Below, one piece after another: positions 1 through 13,937 of a stretch of 64,000 nt of DNA. This DNA comes from Cirrosporium novae-zelandiae (Eukaryota). Within the stretch, counting starts at the first letter, position 1. Every line of letters starts with the position of its first letter. The notes under the pieces are model-generated. The model was not told the origin of the DNA. It searched no databases and saw only the letters and a program-made list of their open reading frames with translations. Position numbers and translations under genes: made by a program. Where the stretch lies: contig JAPETS010000004.1 of assembly GCA_026023565.1 (NCBI GenBank), positions 310,001 to 374,000 of the forward strand, written 5' to 3'.

Positions 1-370
1 CACCGCCTCCTTTCATCTTTCGCTCCAAAATCCAAACCAAAACCCAAAGCCCAAAGCCAACTGAATCCAGATAAGTTTCATCATTTATCTTTGCTCCGTT
101 CACCTCGTAGCATATATGCATGTCGCATCATACATCCGTGACTATAGTTAGAGGCTGCTCATTCCATAGGTGGATCATTTCATGCTTGGTTCTCTCCTTT
201 AACTTAGTTAATTGTTGTAAGCAAACTCGTCGAAAGATTCGTTCAATGAATTGAATGGTGTCGAGGCATGCACAGCATATCTCTAATCGATTTAAGAAGC
301 CCCAGCTCTTTCCACTTTGATCTTCTTCCCTCTGGAGATAGTGCCCTTGTTTACTTGTCCAACTTTCTCC

Positions 371-1899
371 CTAAGGTCTGGAAGACCATGCTGGGTTAAC
401 ACCCGCGGGCAAGTTGACAGGAGGTGGTACCGCATTATGTTGTCCAGGGGGTGGTAGATTAGCTCGATGGAACATTTGTACGAGCCTTCTCCCAACACTT
501 GTTTCAAGCTCCGTCCCATCTCTAGCTATTTTCACTTCCCGATTAGAGTTCCAAGGATTTCGTAATCCCCTGGTTCGGTAGAAAGGGAGACGGTTTGTAG
601 ATAGCCAACGGATCCTAAATGGCTTTCCAAAGGTTTGCGCGTCGTCTGCTGTGTCTTCATCCTCAATGTTTTCGACTTTTGATTCTTGTTCTAACGCTAC
701 GTTCGATTCGAGGGGATCCGCTTCCCAGAATATCGTACCACGGGCAGAGTCGTCAATAATTCGCCCTTTTGGGGCAGTTTCTGTTGCTACCGTCGGGATT
801 GTATGAGGAAGATCGGGATCTCTTGAAGATGCTTCGGCTCTGGGAGCCCACTCAATAGATGATGCAACTTGTTCGTTGATGGGCGACATCATACGTGCAT
901 ATCCAAAATATTCGCCTGATTTGTTCGCTGAGAAAATGAGATAAACGTTCTCGGCAGTCTGTGTCGTTAGCTATGACTGGTGTCACACATTTTTAAAGAA
1001 AAACTCACCTCGTAAGCATGATTTAAAGTAGCTTCATTATGGGATTGGGTAGCCCAGATACCATTGCGCGCACTCAATTCAAGGTCTTCGACGGTCAAAC
1101 TCTTGACAATGTAATACTTTTCGGACACCTTCTCCTTAACTTCACCAACTTTCTCAATAGAACGTGTATCTTCTTTTAATCCATCCAGATGCAGTTGTCT
1201 ATCGACAGAGTCTATTGGGGGGGGTTCGTGTGTCAAAATATCCTTAGCTGTGTCCGCATCATTAGTATGTGAAGCAGCACTGGATACTGCTAGAGCTGTT
1301 GCTCTCCTCAATCTGCACACCAGCCTAACACCTCGAAAGCGGGAGTCATGGAAACGAGTCATAGCAGCTGCACAAGCAGCTTCCGTTCGATAGTTCACGA
1401 AAGCACAATTGCTCTTAGAAATGAGAAAGACGCTTTCGATTGTTTCGGCGGCTTCGCGGGCAAAATGATCTTTAAGATCCATCACATTCGTGCCTGGTGG
1501 CAAGTTACCTACCCATAAAGCGTGACCAGATTGCCTTGGTTTTCTCGGTGGTCCTCGCGGTTTCGATGGTCCAACAGAACTGGCCTCAGAACTTTGTCGG
1601 CTTAAACCTATAGGAGCAGTAGATTAGTGGAGTTGATATGATATCTAAAAAAGCTACTATGAGAAAATACCTAGTTCACCGAGTTGCAAAAAAGAAGCGC
1701 CTGAAGAAGAGATATTACCAAACGAGTTTGACGTGAGAGAATTTGGGACATGTATATCATTTTCAGACCGCATCATCCCCTGAGTCTGGCCATAGCCCGA
1801 CCTCCGAGGATCAAGTTGGGGGTAAGAGCTTGACCTAGGTGGAAACCCTTGCATAAACTGAGACTGCTGACTATATACACTAGGAATATAAGACTGCGC

Positions 1900-1955
<56 letters not shown>

Positions 1956-2547
1956 GCTGCTGCTGGTGCTGCGCAATATATGCAGGATTCATCATATTTT
2001 GTTGAAATGGCATTGAAAGGATAGGGCCGTGCAACTGATTCTGGTTCTGTTGTTGGTACATGCTAGGATATGGTTGTCCGTATTGCATGTGTGACCCAGG
2101 ATTACTGTATGCTAAGGGATTCGCGTATTGTGCTGACTGCTGCAAAGGATACATGTATGCCTGTGATGCAGGACCGGAAGGTAGCGTTGGTAATTGGTGC
2201 TGGTGTGCGAATGGAGTGGAATGGCTGCTCTGGTACTCAGGCAAAGCCAAAGTCAGTGATGACATACCGAAAGCGTGAATGTTCGTATTTTGTTCCGATG
2301 AAGACGGTTCTTGCTGTTGCAGCTGTGGGCCAATCTGGTGTGGTAGTACGGTCGGAGGCATTTGATGCTCAAATGGAAGTGAGGTCGAGGAGGGAACATC
2401 TATCACGAACTTAATTAATCATTTTGTTCTGGATTTTTGACTTGAGGAATACATACCAGAACCACTGAGGCCCTTTCCTGGAGTTATAACATGCTGATGC
2501 GCAGGGGGATTGTTTTCCGCCCGCTGGTCGCTTGGAGCATCGCCCAT
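371..2547 (-). CDS. RRM + YTH domain RNA-binding protein (YTHDC1/Mmi1-like) with Q-rich N-terminus; exons 2547-2457, 2399-1671, 1607-1009, 958-371
   Basis: RRM (ALWVGNLPPGT...SNCAFVNY...FHDSRF) followed by YTH motifs KYYIVKS, GIWATQSHNE, SANKSGEYFGYARM, FRIRWL and NPWNSNREVKIARDGTE; canonical GT..AG introns join the ORF pieces in frame. Confidence 0.9.
1900..1965 (-). repeat. (CAG)3(CAA)19 coding microsatellite, polyQ22 in the YTH protein
   Basis: Perfect TTG run 1900-1956 plus CTG x3 on the + strand. Confidence 0.95.
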
Positions 2548-5527
2548 TGGAATTCTCTCGATAATCACTGGTAAAGTAACCCACCGTTGTACCCAAAAGG
2601 CTGCCATGTAGATTAGCCCATCCTACTCACCACAGAACCTTTAGATATATATAAAACATTCAACACATACCACGAAGACTCTTTTTCTTTGATTATAGAT
2701 AGAACTATTCTGGTTCAATGGCTAGAAGCACAGAAAACTGGGGTGGCAAAGATCGGATATAGGACAATCCGAGTGACCCCGGGAGCAGAGAGTGCGCAAT
2801 ACAGAGGCTGTGAAGAGGCGATAATGCCTGTCAGATAACCGAATAGAAATCTCGGTTAGAAGATATAAAACCTATAGCAGGCACAACCAGGTTCAAGTGT
2901 TCCTGGATCTTTGACCAATCAAAGCAATCAGATGCAAGAAGGGGAACTCGTTTAGGGACGCGATAATAGAAGCGAAAGAATCCAGGAACAATGGCGTGGG
3001 GAGTTTGCATCCAGTGAAAGTCGCGAAGAGGAGAATTGAATTATAATGTCGATGAAGTGTGGCGAAGGCGGATGATAGACGAGTGCCCAATGGGTTGACC
3101 CACAGGCGGAGAAACTATGGACGCATATGGAAGGAGTCTTAATGGGACTGGAACCAATGGAGCCAATGCGTCAAGCAACGGCGGCAATTTTGCAGGATGA
3201 TTGGTTCCGTCAAAGTCAACCCCAGATTTGGGGCTGGAAGGATGGAAGCAAAAGGCAAATCAATAATGCTTTGATATTCACACAGCGTTCCCGGCGCACA
3301 AGGCCAGTCAGCACGGGGAGGGGGGGGGGAGTGGCTAGAGAAGGCTGAGAACTTGAAGATCTTCAGAGGGCTAGTAAAAGATTGAATATTTGATAGGCCA
3401 AGTAAGTTACAATATCGGATGATCTCTGGATAATGGTTGGATGGGATCGAGGCTCCGGGGTTCAGTTGGTATCAAAAACAGAAATAAATGGGGAATAAAA
3501 TAAAAAGAGTTGAGGTGTTTTGAATCTAACCTCGGAGCATAGGTGAGTATATTGAGTATAGATCGAGTATCCACTGTTTCGACGACACGATGAGGAGTAA
3601 AGACATGGGGTGTTATAAGAGGGACAAGCAGTAACAAGCCACAGTACTGGACGAGTTTATTGCAACTGCCGTCTAGATTACCAGACACTAATGATAGATG
3701 GGCCATGGTGGATCATCGTCGTGGACCACCTGAGCCACTTGAGCCACTGGCTTTGGTTGGTCTTCTGTAGGGGGTTGTCAATCTTCAATCGATAATCGTC
3801 CATGAGCCATGAGGAGATTCGCCATGGGAGATTTACCAATCGGTACAAGGTGGCGAAATGAGAATTTTGGCATTTGGCATTTTAGGGCTTTTTTTTCAAA
3901 ACTGGGTTGGTTGAATTGTGTAATATTGGCATATCGGGCGGGCTGGCTTGTGAAATTTTACTTTTACTCGTCTTGCATTTTGTCGGGAAAGGATCCCTGG
4001 GGTCTTTTACCATGCACACGCCGTCCAAGCAAGGGAGAAGTTGACTTTTGGCGAGGATTTTTTTTTTCGATCAAAGGACGCTTGCATGTCCCTCATCATC
4101 GTTCCTGCTTCTATCGTCCGAGCTTTTCACAATTCCCGTGGCGTCAAATTACACCAGACAGCCAAGGTGGCAATAATACCTTGATAAGTGACTTTTGATA
4201 TTCCCCGGACTTTGTAAAGATATATTTGCTCATTGGTCTTGTGTCGCCCATCCTGAGGATAACTAGCCCTGTCACGTGCTGAGCTGCATCCCTCGCTTAC
4301 ATTTTCCCACAAGTATCACCATGGTCATGTATCACCCGTATCACCCCATTCTTGTGTAATCTCTAAGTATCCTACAGTACCTGCTCTACTACATTTTCTC
4401 CCTTCTTTCTAGGCCCCCTCCTAGCCCCCCTGTCGCTGAACTACCGTGTAGCCTCATATCGAGCCAACCTTGTTTGATTGTTCTGGAACGACAGGCGCAA
4501 CTACAGTTGGTTCTCACTAGCTCTTTGCTGCTCGACACCACCGCTCTCTGGATGGGGAAAATAGTCTCGTATATTGGCTATAAAAAAAGAAAGCTTGTGG
4601 CGTTAATCATGCCCGTCCGATGCCCAAGCCATCTGATGGTAAATGCATATCAATTTCCCCAGAGAGAGTAAGCATGGATAAGGGAATAATCTGGTAGACT
4701 ATACCATGGTAGGCCAGTGCCCCCCCGGGTTTGCTGTACTGTATACTCTGTATGACGGTAAAAAAAAAAGGTTTAAATATAATGCACCGTAAATTCTGCA
4801 GGCGGCTTCGGTAAAGGAATAGTAACGAGAGTCTCATAGAAACTATCTGTACGGAATACGCTCTGCAAAGGGAAATGCGAATCGACCAGACCCAAACATC
4901 CAACTGGAATGGAATCTCTCGTGTGGCAATAATCAAGTCAAGAATTAAAAAGGTGAATTGCCGAAGTATAAGCTCAGTAGGCACTTGATGACTGATGCAG
5001 AAAGCCCAGACTGGACTATACAAAAGGTCTAAGGGTCCAGGCGGCTCAATTGCCCGTAGAATGACTATTATCTCACTCTTAACGTCCACCTCAACCTTCA
5101 TGTCGACGTCAGAAATCAACAAGCAATTTCAGGGTCCACGAAAAACTAACGTCAGAGGTACTTCTTGGCTTACCTTAACTCGCATTTCGACCGTTTAAGT
5201 TACCAACGGCGCCCAACTCTGGTTGACAGGGCAGATCAACGCAGATCCCCCCATACCCACCGTGCTCACCGTGCCCACCTGCCCACTTGACCATTTGCCC
5301 GCCTGCCCACTTCCTTCCTTGCCCAACCATGTTTGTTGTTCGGGTCAATCCGACAAGTCCTAATTCTCCATCTTCGATCAACACTGTGGCTAGTGTCGAC
5401 CATCTACCATGACATCGCTGGTGGAGAAAATCTACAGACTAAAACCATTAAACAAGAAAACGCTGTTGTGCTATATATGGAACTCGATATTGTATAATAC
5501 ATCATTAAAGTGGACAAGATCTTGACA

Positions 5528-8500
5528 CTAATACGGAATTCCGTTGGTCGCAAGTTGGAACATATCATATCCTTTCGTGTAGTTGGATTGATAGCTCTTG
5601 TGGACCAACGACCGTATAAACTCTGCAGCCTCCCGTTCTGTCTTCTCAAGAACAAACCGTTCGCGGAAATTCTTCACTGTCGCTGGCTTGAAGCAAGGTA
5701 GACCGCTGTCTAGCATAAGAATAACAATATGAACCAGCTGTTCAACATATTTGCGAGAAGCTAAAAATGATTTGATGCATAGTTCTTCAAACCAACGGAA
5801 GGATTGTGATGTCGGGCTGCCACCCATGACAGCCACCATTTCAGAAGTCAATTTAAACGGCGCTCGCTCAAATCCGACGCCACCAGGCGCAATGTCAAAG
5901 CAGAATCCAAAGTCGATATGTAGAATATGACCAGCATCATCCACCATGATATTACCATTATGTCGGTCCTTGAATTGAAGGAGGAACGATATGAGAGAAT
6001 ACGACGCCATGCTTTTCACGAAATTATTTCGAGCCTCTTGGAACCGAACCGAATCCTGGCTCCCGTATTTCGAAACAAAGTATTCGTACAACCCGTTCAC
6101 AGCTTCCCGACCAAGCATATCACGAGATATTGAGTTCGGTAGGACATCAATCACGCCGCATCCAGGAGCAGTCGCAGTGACTCGGTAAGGATAAACATAG
6201 ACATCCAACCCAACGCTATTGAAAATACCTCTAAAGGCAGCAATCATTTGGAGAGCTAGAACATCTTGCCGACAGTCGTCGCCAACTTTAAAGATAGCAG
6301 ATTGCCAAACATCAATAGTTGTTTCTCCCAAAGAATCGCTGTCGCTATTTTGGAGACCCTGATCCGTAGCGTCCGGTAGACTTTCCTTGTTCTTTCTAAT
6401 TCTAAATGTAGCCATGTAAGGGGCCTTTGCATGACTCTGCAAGGGCTTTCCTGATTTCCGGTCGATCCCAATCACTACACCATCAGGGTTGCTTGGAAGA
6501 TAGACACCGACTTCAACCTTAATCTTGCGCAACTCTTCTTCAATCTTTTGTTTTTTCTCAGGTTTGCTTCTCTTGATATAAGGTCTTAGTTTTCCCGAAA
6601 TATCCGTGACTTCATTGAAGAAGGAGAACTCCCTTTCGTAGAAAGCCTTGTCTTCACCAGAGAAACTAGATACCAGACTTTCCATCACCTTGTCAAGAGT
6701 AGGCTTGACGGGATCGGGCACCTGAGCATCCTCATCCTTGTAAGCATTTGCTTTCATGTTCCAAATGATTTGGTGAGCAAAAAGTTGAGAGAATTTCCCA
6801 GTCTCAATAATGTATCTTTCAACATAACCCAAAGCATCATATCGCAATGCCTGCACAATTTGTGGCACGTAGAAGAACGTGATATCAACGGAATGACTTT
6901 CCAGGGTCCTCATAGCATATTGAATAATGAATGGGTGATTTCCGTATGCAGGTAAGAAATATGTCACTGCAGTTATGGGATTAACAGGAGCCCAATACAT
7001 GAGGTATTTTAACTGGAAGGATATATCATCCGGCAGGCTCGAACCAAGGAGTATTTCTAGCCCACCTGATTCAGAAATCGCCTTTTCGGGGAAATTCAAC
7101 AACAACCAGCGTATATCTTCTTTCAACTTAGGAGACTGGAATCTGGGCAAGAGTTGAATAGCAAGAGCCGGTGATTCTGCCCAAGCTGGCTTGAGAAGTG
7201 GGATTAAAACTGCGTCAGAAGGCCCCCTTCCAGAACTGGAAATTCCTAATAATGAATTCCGTTGTTCATTAAGAGGGGAAAGCCAAACATTTAAGCGCAG
7301 CTGCTCATCCTGTAGTAGGCAAAAAAGCAGGTCTTGTTTTGCTTGGAGCGACTTCCGCGAAGCTGCAGGCTTGAGACCAATTTGGGAAACGCTTCTTAGG
7401 CTTTCTTCAACGTCTCTAAGAATTTTTGCTTCAGACTTTAGCTGTAACCTATTGCCTCCAAAAGACCACTTTGGTGGATGAGAAAACCATTTCAACGCAG
7501 CTGAAAGTATTCGATCCTTGAACCCCCAGAGATTCGCCTTTCGCAGATCAGTAGAGTAACGTAATGCAGATAGACCTAGCAGAATCGTGTAGAAGTGGAA
7601 TTCCCGAGCTAGAGGATGACCAGCAGTATGACCGAGACCCTCTAATGTTATGCGAATTAACCCAACAAACATTTTCTGGGTATACCGACTGCATAATCGA
7701 GTGGCCGAGAAATGGCTTGACAAGAATTGCAGAATGCGGAAGTGAGGAGTAATCAAATTATGTGCAGCTTGCTGACGTCGGATGAGAGCCTCTCTATCTG
7801 AAGGTGCAAACTCCTCTTTTTCGTAGAAAGGATCTAGTATACTGAGCACCGTTAGACCATCAATTACCATTAGTACATTAAGGATCCACTACTCACCGGA
7901 ATTTTGTGCTGAAGATGCCAATTTTTCTACGAATTGTGCTCTCCCAATTCTGAACGATTTCAGCCAAGATCCTCGACTCCATACGAGGATTCTCATGAAT
8001 AATTCCTTGCCATAAAGAGATACCGAGCTGGATAGATTGTTTCGTGAAGATTGAAAAAGGAATGCCGACAAGGTGTTGAATAATTGCACATTGATCCTGT
8101 TTTGAACGACATAGTAATGCAGCTGCTCGACGCAGAATATCACGTAATTCTCCAATCGAAACAAATTTATGGCTGGTAGTACGATCCCTGAGGTGTTCAA
8201 GAACAGTTCGAGCAGTGTCAAATTCCTCTGCTGGTCTTACAACCGAATATCTACGGGACTCCCCTAATTAACCCGTTAGTTTTCCGTAGGACATGCCGGA
8301 AGTAGATTCTTACTGATATGCATCAAGTCTAACCAGTCTTGATCTTGATTGGGTAATGTATCCGCATAGCGATATTCCTGTCGTGTAGTGTATTGGGCCA
8401 CGAAATCCGACGCAACATTAATGGCAGTCGAGCCATGGCGATCAATCGCACCCAATCTCTGGTCCGTGGTTGGTATGGTCGAGCCCATTTCTAATGCGAA

Positions 8501-11500
8501 AGACCGGCCAAGAGACACATGGCCATACGCTCCGTCATCGTCGTATTCGGAAAGATACGTTTGGAGAAGTCCCTTGATGTCCAAAGGAGCAATGTCAATA
8601 ACAGACATGACCCAAGACCTAGCTTTCTTATGAAAGGAGTCTAATGTACTTCTTCTAAAGTCATAGTCGTCAGAAAGCTCAATGCTGATCTTTGCCCGTG
8701 CAGATGTAAAGGTCGAGCTCCAGCTATACTCTTCTATATCAGCTTCCAAACAACTTTTCCACATTATGCTAAGAAGTTCAAGTAGTGCAAAGAGAGACGA
8801 CCTCTGGCAAAGTGCCGAAGGAACAGCCCGTAATATGCGATCAGCACTCGTTGCTGCTACCTGTTGAACTTTCTCGATACGATGGCAACACAACGCAAAT
8901 ATCTGTGAAAGCTGTTTTGCAACATAAGGCGCAGAAAAGCCCAAGTTCTGTCCAGATATTACTTTACTCAGGTAGAGACCCATAGTACTGTCAGCGATGG
9001 TCATCATGCAACTGCCCATTTCGCTATTCTTGAGGCTCGGCTCTAGGAAGTAAGTCAGTACTTTTGTACACTGTCCTGATTCAGCTCGTAAGGTCTCGAC
9101 GAGATAGGCAGCACGCAAAAATATCACTTTAGGGTAGCTCAGGCCTCGGATTTCGGATTCGCGCATCGGCATTAGGGAGATGAGGCTCTTCTTGTGGTTC
9201 ATCGCATGCTGGGGCGTCATTCCCCGACGCAGTATCGTATTAAGCTCGACATCACTTTCTAGGTGATTTGCCCAATCTTCGTCTATAAGGGGTGTTGAGT
9301 GGTAGGCAAGAATTCGGAGTTCCCGCCGATACCTTTGCCCCAAAGCTGAATCAAGGGAAATTCCATGGACAACAATGTTATACCACGCGTCACGATATAA
9401 AGAATTGAAGTCGCTGTCATCGTCAGACTCGGCTATATCGTTATCGCTTCCCCGTGCAGTTAGTATTGCTAGGGGATGCAAAAGTTGTGCTATTTCCTTG
9501 GCTGCAAGCTCTACCTCATCCCCTTCTGGGCTTCCCGTCTCAGCTATATCTCCCGTGGCAATAATACTCTCGAGTAAATGTATCCGATAGATCGCATAAA
9601 GTTCAGAATCTAGGCTCAAGGTTTTGGAGAGATACAACCTCGCTTTTGATACCTATTGTGAAAGATTAGTTCGTAATGCAGATGAGAAAATGGTACATGG
9701 AGATTCATACTGCATCAATAATTACCCGATTTCCCTGACGAGCTGCATCTTGGCTTACACGCAAAAAGAATTTTATCAGAGTTCTGAATTCGAGGGGGGC
9801 ACCGCTTATGGCCAGAACGGCGGCTTCTGTTACAATTCGTGCATCAACAGTAGTAGCAACCTTGCCAATTTTTTGAAGAAGCATGGATTGCGCGAGTGCT
9901 ATGATCTTCTCGTCTTTAGAATTGCTTGCGATGGTGACAATTGCTTGCACAACATTCCCGTAAACGATCGATGTCTCTTCCTCACCACTGAGTTCTAGCG
10001 AGATAGCACTTCCAGTCATTTGCTGAAGGTATGGGGAGTCATGTTTTGGGGTTCCATTTGTTGCGTCAAGGTTCGGTGAAGCGTGTAAAGGCTTATCTTT
10101 TGCAGTACTCGAACTAAGCACATTTCCAAGGGAATATAACGTGGTGATGACAGAATCCTGAGATAGGACCTGAAGGACATAAGCCAAACAAGTAGATGTA
10201 GGTCCTATAATTTGAGCACTCGACCCAGCCTGTACAATGAAGCGTAATAGCGACTTCCCAATATTCGGAGCAATCGGTGGTGACCACAATGCAATGACAG
10301 TTAAACATTTTAACACGGTAAGTGCGAGCACCTCGTCCCCCATCTGTAGGGGGTCTGCTAATGTTTCTTCGAGCCATCCGAGTAGCTTGTCAGGATCAGC
10401 AACTTCCTCATCAATTATCATACAGTTCAGAAAAATACGAAAAGTGTGACTTTTGACGGTAAACGCGAGTCGTTGTTGCCATGCAGACCCTAACTGTAGA
10501 TAATCAGAACCATCCTGAAGAAGTTGCATTTCTTCTGTAGCTATATCCGTCAAGATTTCCCTCATGTCAGTATCAACATCCTCGGAAACAACACCAATAC
10601 GGCCATGAGTCCTAATGAGAACATCGAGAATGTCTTCTTTTTCGAGGGCTTCGGGTGGCGCTACAAGCAGTGATGTACAGCCCTGAACGAATTTCATAAA
10701 ACCGCCTTGAATTAATACTGCCCCTAGTGGACGACCACTTGCAGCACAATGCTTGATATACCGCTTCCAGTCCCGGACTCGGTGTTCTAAGCCCCTTGAA
10801 TTGCGAATGGTGGATAACGCTGCCTCCACGGAGGTCAGAAATGATTCCTTTAATATATCTCGAATTTTCCCGATGAGTTGAAGTCGCTCGCTCGCAGTCC
10901 AGAAATCTGCCTGCTTAGCTGCAGCCTCCAAGAAACCCAAAATGGATACAGCAATTGTAACCACTTCAGCGGCTTCTTGACCATTCTCAGCATAATCCTC
11001 CGGTTGCTCATACACAGAAGGTATAGCTTTTACGGCGTATGAACAATTCTCTAGATATATTGTGACACTTTCTTGTATTTCATCCCGTAAGCCCTTGTAT
11101 TTCAAGCCGACACACAATAAAGCCGAAGTTAACTGATAACTTAAAGCCTCCCATGGTGAAGGCTCGATTTGATGGAGAAAGGGAGACGTTGTGATCAACT
11201 GAGTATGGGCTTCGGGTAAATACGAAGAAAGCTGGGACGAGAGCTTGGAAGCACTATCGATGTCCTGTAACAGCGGAGCCGCTTGACACAAGGAAAGAAG
11301 AACCTGTAATTCTCGTAGACTCTTCATACCGATTAGCAATTAGTCGAAAGATCTAAGAACTCGGTCAAAGAAGCAAGTCCTTGCTTACCATGGGCACCCT
11401 CGACGTGGGCGAAATTCCTTTGAAAACACCATCTAGTAAACCGTTGGTCGCTAATGGGCGTTTGAGACATGCTTTGCGCAATCGATCCAAATCCGAGATC

Positions 11501-11652
11501 TGGGATTCTGAGGTAGACGGCCCAGCAGAGAGAAGAGCTATCTTTTGGAAGGCTTTACTCCGAATATCTAGTGATTGACTTGGAGCAATTGTTAGAAACA
11601 GTAAGGTTGGGGGGGGGGGGGGGGGGGGGGGGCGAAGGGCCTACCAGTCCAT
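5528..11652 (-). CDS. STT4: Phosphatidylinositol 4-kinase type III alpha (Stt4), multi-exon; 8-nt first exon 11652-11645
   Basis: C-terminal PIK helical and kinase domains (IFKVGDDCRQD, KDRHNGN, HIDFGF, ending ATNGIPY); upstream ORFs 9705-11339, 8276-9637 and 7889-8221 joined by short introns; spliced start MDCQSLDIRSKAFQKI. Confidence 0.95.
11609..11632. repeat. G24 homopolymer in STT4 intron 1
   Basis: Directly visible run of 24 G. Confidence 0.9.
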
Positions 11653-12314
11653 TGTAAAGGCAAATTATCTCATTTCTAGGAGATGCGAATAGTGCGACGG
11701 ATGATTGGAAAGCTCTTAAGCTTGTAGTAGTACTTGAAGTATATTGTACTTCTATATACCTAGGTACTTTTTTTTTGTTTCTGTAGGAATGGTTACTATG
11801 ACGATTGAACAACAAGTTGGGGGGAGCAGCAGACCTTCGGGAAGGCTCCAGACGCTTTCCTCTTTGGAGCTATGCCCTGGAAGCTTTGTTGTTGCTAACC
11901 AACATCAGTTAGTTGACAGATTCATAGGGCACTCGGAAGACGAGTTGAAGGGTCCCCGGATGATGATGGCCAGTGGTGGGTTGTGTCGCGAAAATTAGAT
12001 GTTGAGACGCGCGTGATAGAATTTCTCAAACACCTGCCCTGCCCTTATGCACCACCCAGTTGAACCCTTGCATTGCTTGCTCCCTCCCTCCCAGAAACCA
12101 AACCCACTCTCTCTCTCTCTCTACCCCCCCCCCCCCGCCCTCCTCCTCTCCTCAATCGCCGACAATAACAATTACAAAGGTAATGATTCTAAGCGTTCCT
12201 TCTTCTTCAATCCATCAACTTTATATCAACAGTCATTTATCTCAACCCTATTTTTCTATTTTCAAACATTCCCCCCAATTTTTATCTACTTCCATCCCAC
12301 ATCCCGCCACAATC

Positions 12315-13937
12315 ATGGTCTCCTTCTCCTGTGAGGTAAAGTTTCCCCTATGGTCTGATCTTATTTTAATTGGAAGTTCTTGCATTACTTCTTCTGTACG
12401 AATGCGCCTAAGCCAACTGCTAATCTCTATTCAAGGCATGCGGCGATGTCCTGACGAAAAAGAAACTTGATGCGCACAAAAACCAATGTCGCGGCGCATC
12501 TTACACTTGCCTCGATTGTATGGTACACTTTAGTGGAACTACATACAAAGCTCATACCGTATGCCACTCCAATGCGCTCCTACTTTCCTATAGCAGCTCA
12601 CTCCCTTGCTACTTTCGCAATTCCTTTTTTTGTTTTGTTGGCGTCGTTATATTCGCCGAGTTCAATCACCACATTGTGAATTTTGATGCTACGGGGTCAA
12701 TCACTAATAGATCAATTTTCTCTAGTCGTGTATGACGGAAGCGCAAAAATATCAAGGAGCATTTTATAAAGAGAAACCAGCCAAATCAAAGCAAAAACAA
12801 AAATCAGTCACTATCGCAGAACCACCAATGCATCCGTCCCGAAGAGCTTACGTTGAAGATGCTCTGGATCCAGAAGATTCTCAGGATAATGCCGTTGCGA
12901 TTGTCGATGCCCCACCTCCAGCACCCAGCCCTCCCCCGCCCAAAGTAAATGTATTCGACTTCCTTATAGCTGAAGACACGCCGAATGCCTCACGCACATC
13001 ATTATTGGAGTCAAAAGAAGAAATGGCAATGGTTGAACATGCGCCCTCTGCCTTTGACGCCGGCCAAGAATTGACTCGAACCCGCGACTACAGTGATGAG
13101 GAGAGTTTGTACGATGTTGCATATGAGGAGAATGGCTATTCCTATGGATCCGATCCGGTCCGTCCTATGAATGGCGACCAATTCAAGACTCCTGGACCAA
13201 AAAAAGCTCCCGCTCGTCCCCGAAACAAGGAAAAGGGGGGTGAAAAGGACCATGTTAAACATACCACTTCTGATAAAAAACGAAAGCGTCAACATGTTGA
13301 TGATCTTGATCTCTCCCTTACCCAACAGCGTGAGCGTGATGAGGTGATGACTGATGCTCCCCCAATTCTCCATAGCGGTCTCACTGGCGGCTTGAACGGT
13401 CTTCTTTCCAAACGCGATTTTCCCACTTCCCCACAGTTCCTCTCTGATGATGAGAGACATGACCCTGACCCAACAAGCCCGCTCAAGCGCTCGAAAAATA
13501 CAAATGGCCATCCAGATCATCAACGACCAAATATTAAGTCGTTTGCTCTCATCCGAACTCGCCGGTCATCGTCTGATGATGCTCGCCCTCGGAAGAAACA
13601 TCACACGCATAAGCATCACCACCATCGTGAAAGCTCTTCCCGGCATCCGCGGAAACAAAAATTGCTAGAATACCCTGGTCATTCAAAACACGGCCAAAAT
13701 GACACTGAGAACCAGCAATTGGTAGTATACCGCAACAAGGCAGAACTATTCATGTCGTTTGTGACAAAAGGTCCAGAGAGCGAACGAGGCTGCAGCGTCA
13801 ACAAAGCCCTAAAAAGATATCATCGCGAAAGAGGTGGCAAAGGGCTAGGACTTGGTAAAAGTGAAGAAGAAAAAGAATTGTGGAAGACATTGCGACTTAA
13901 GAGAAACGATAGGGGTGAGGTGGTTGTGTTTTTCTAA
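12315..13937 (+). CDS. LYAR-type C2HC zinc-finger nucleolar protein; exons 12315-12335, 12436-12558, 12726-13937
   Basis: Spliced N-terminus MVSFSCEACGDVLTKKKLDAHKNQCRGASYTCLDCMVHFSGTTYKAHTSCMTEAQKYQG is the zf-LYAR signature; basic, low-complexity remainder. Confidence 0.92.
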
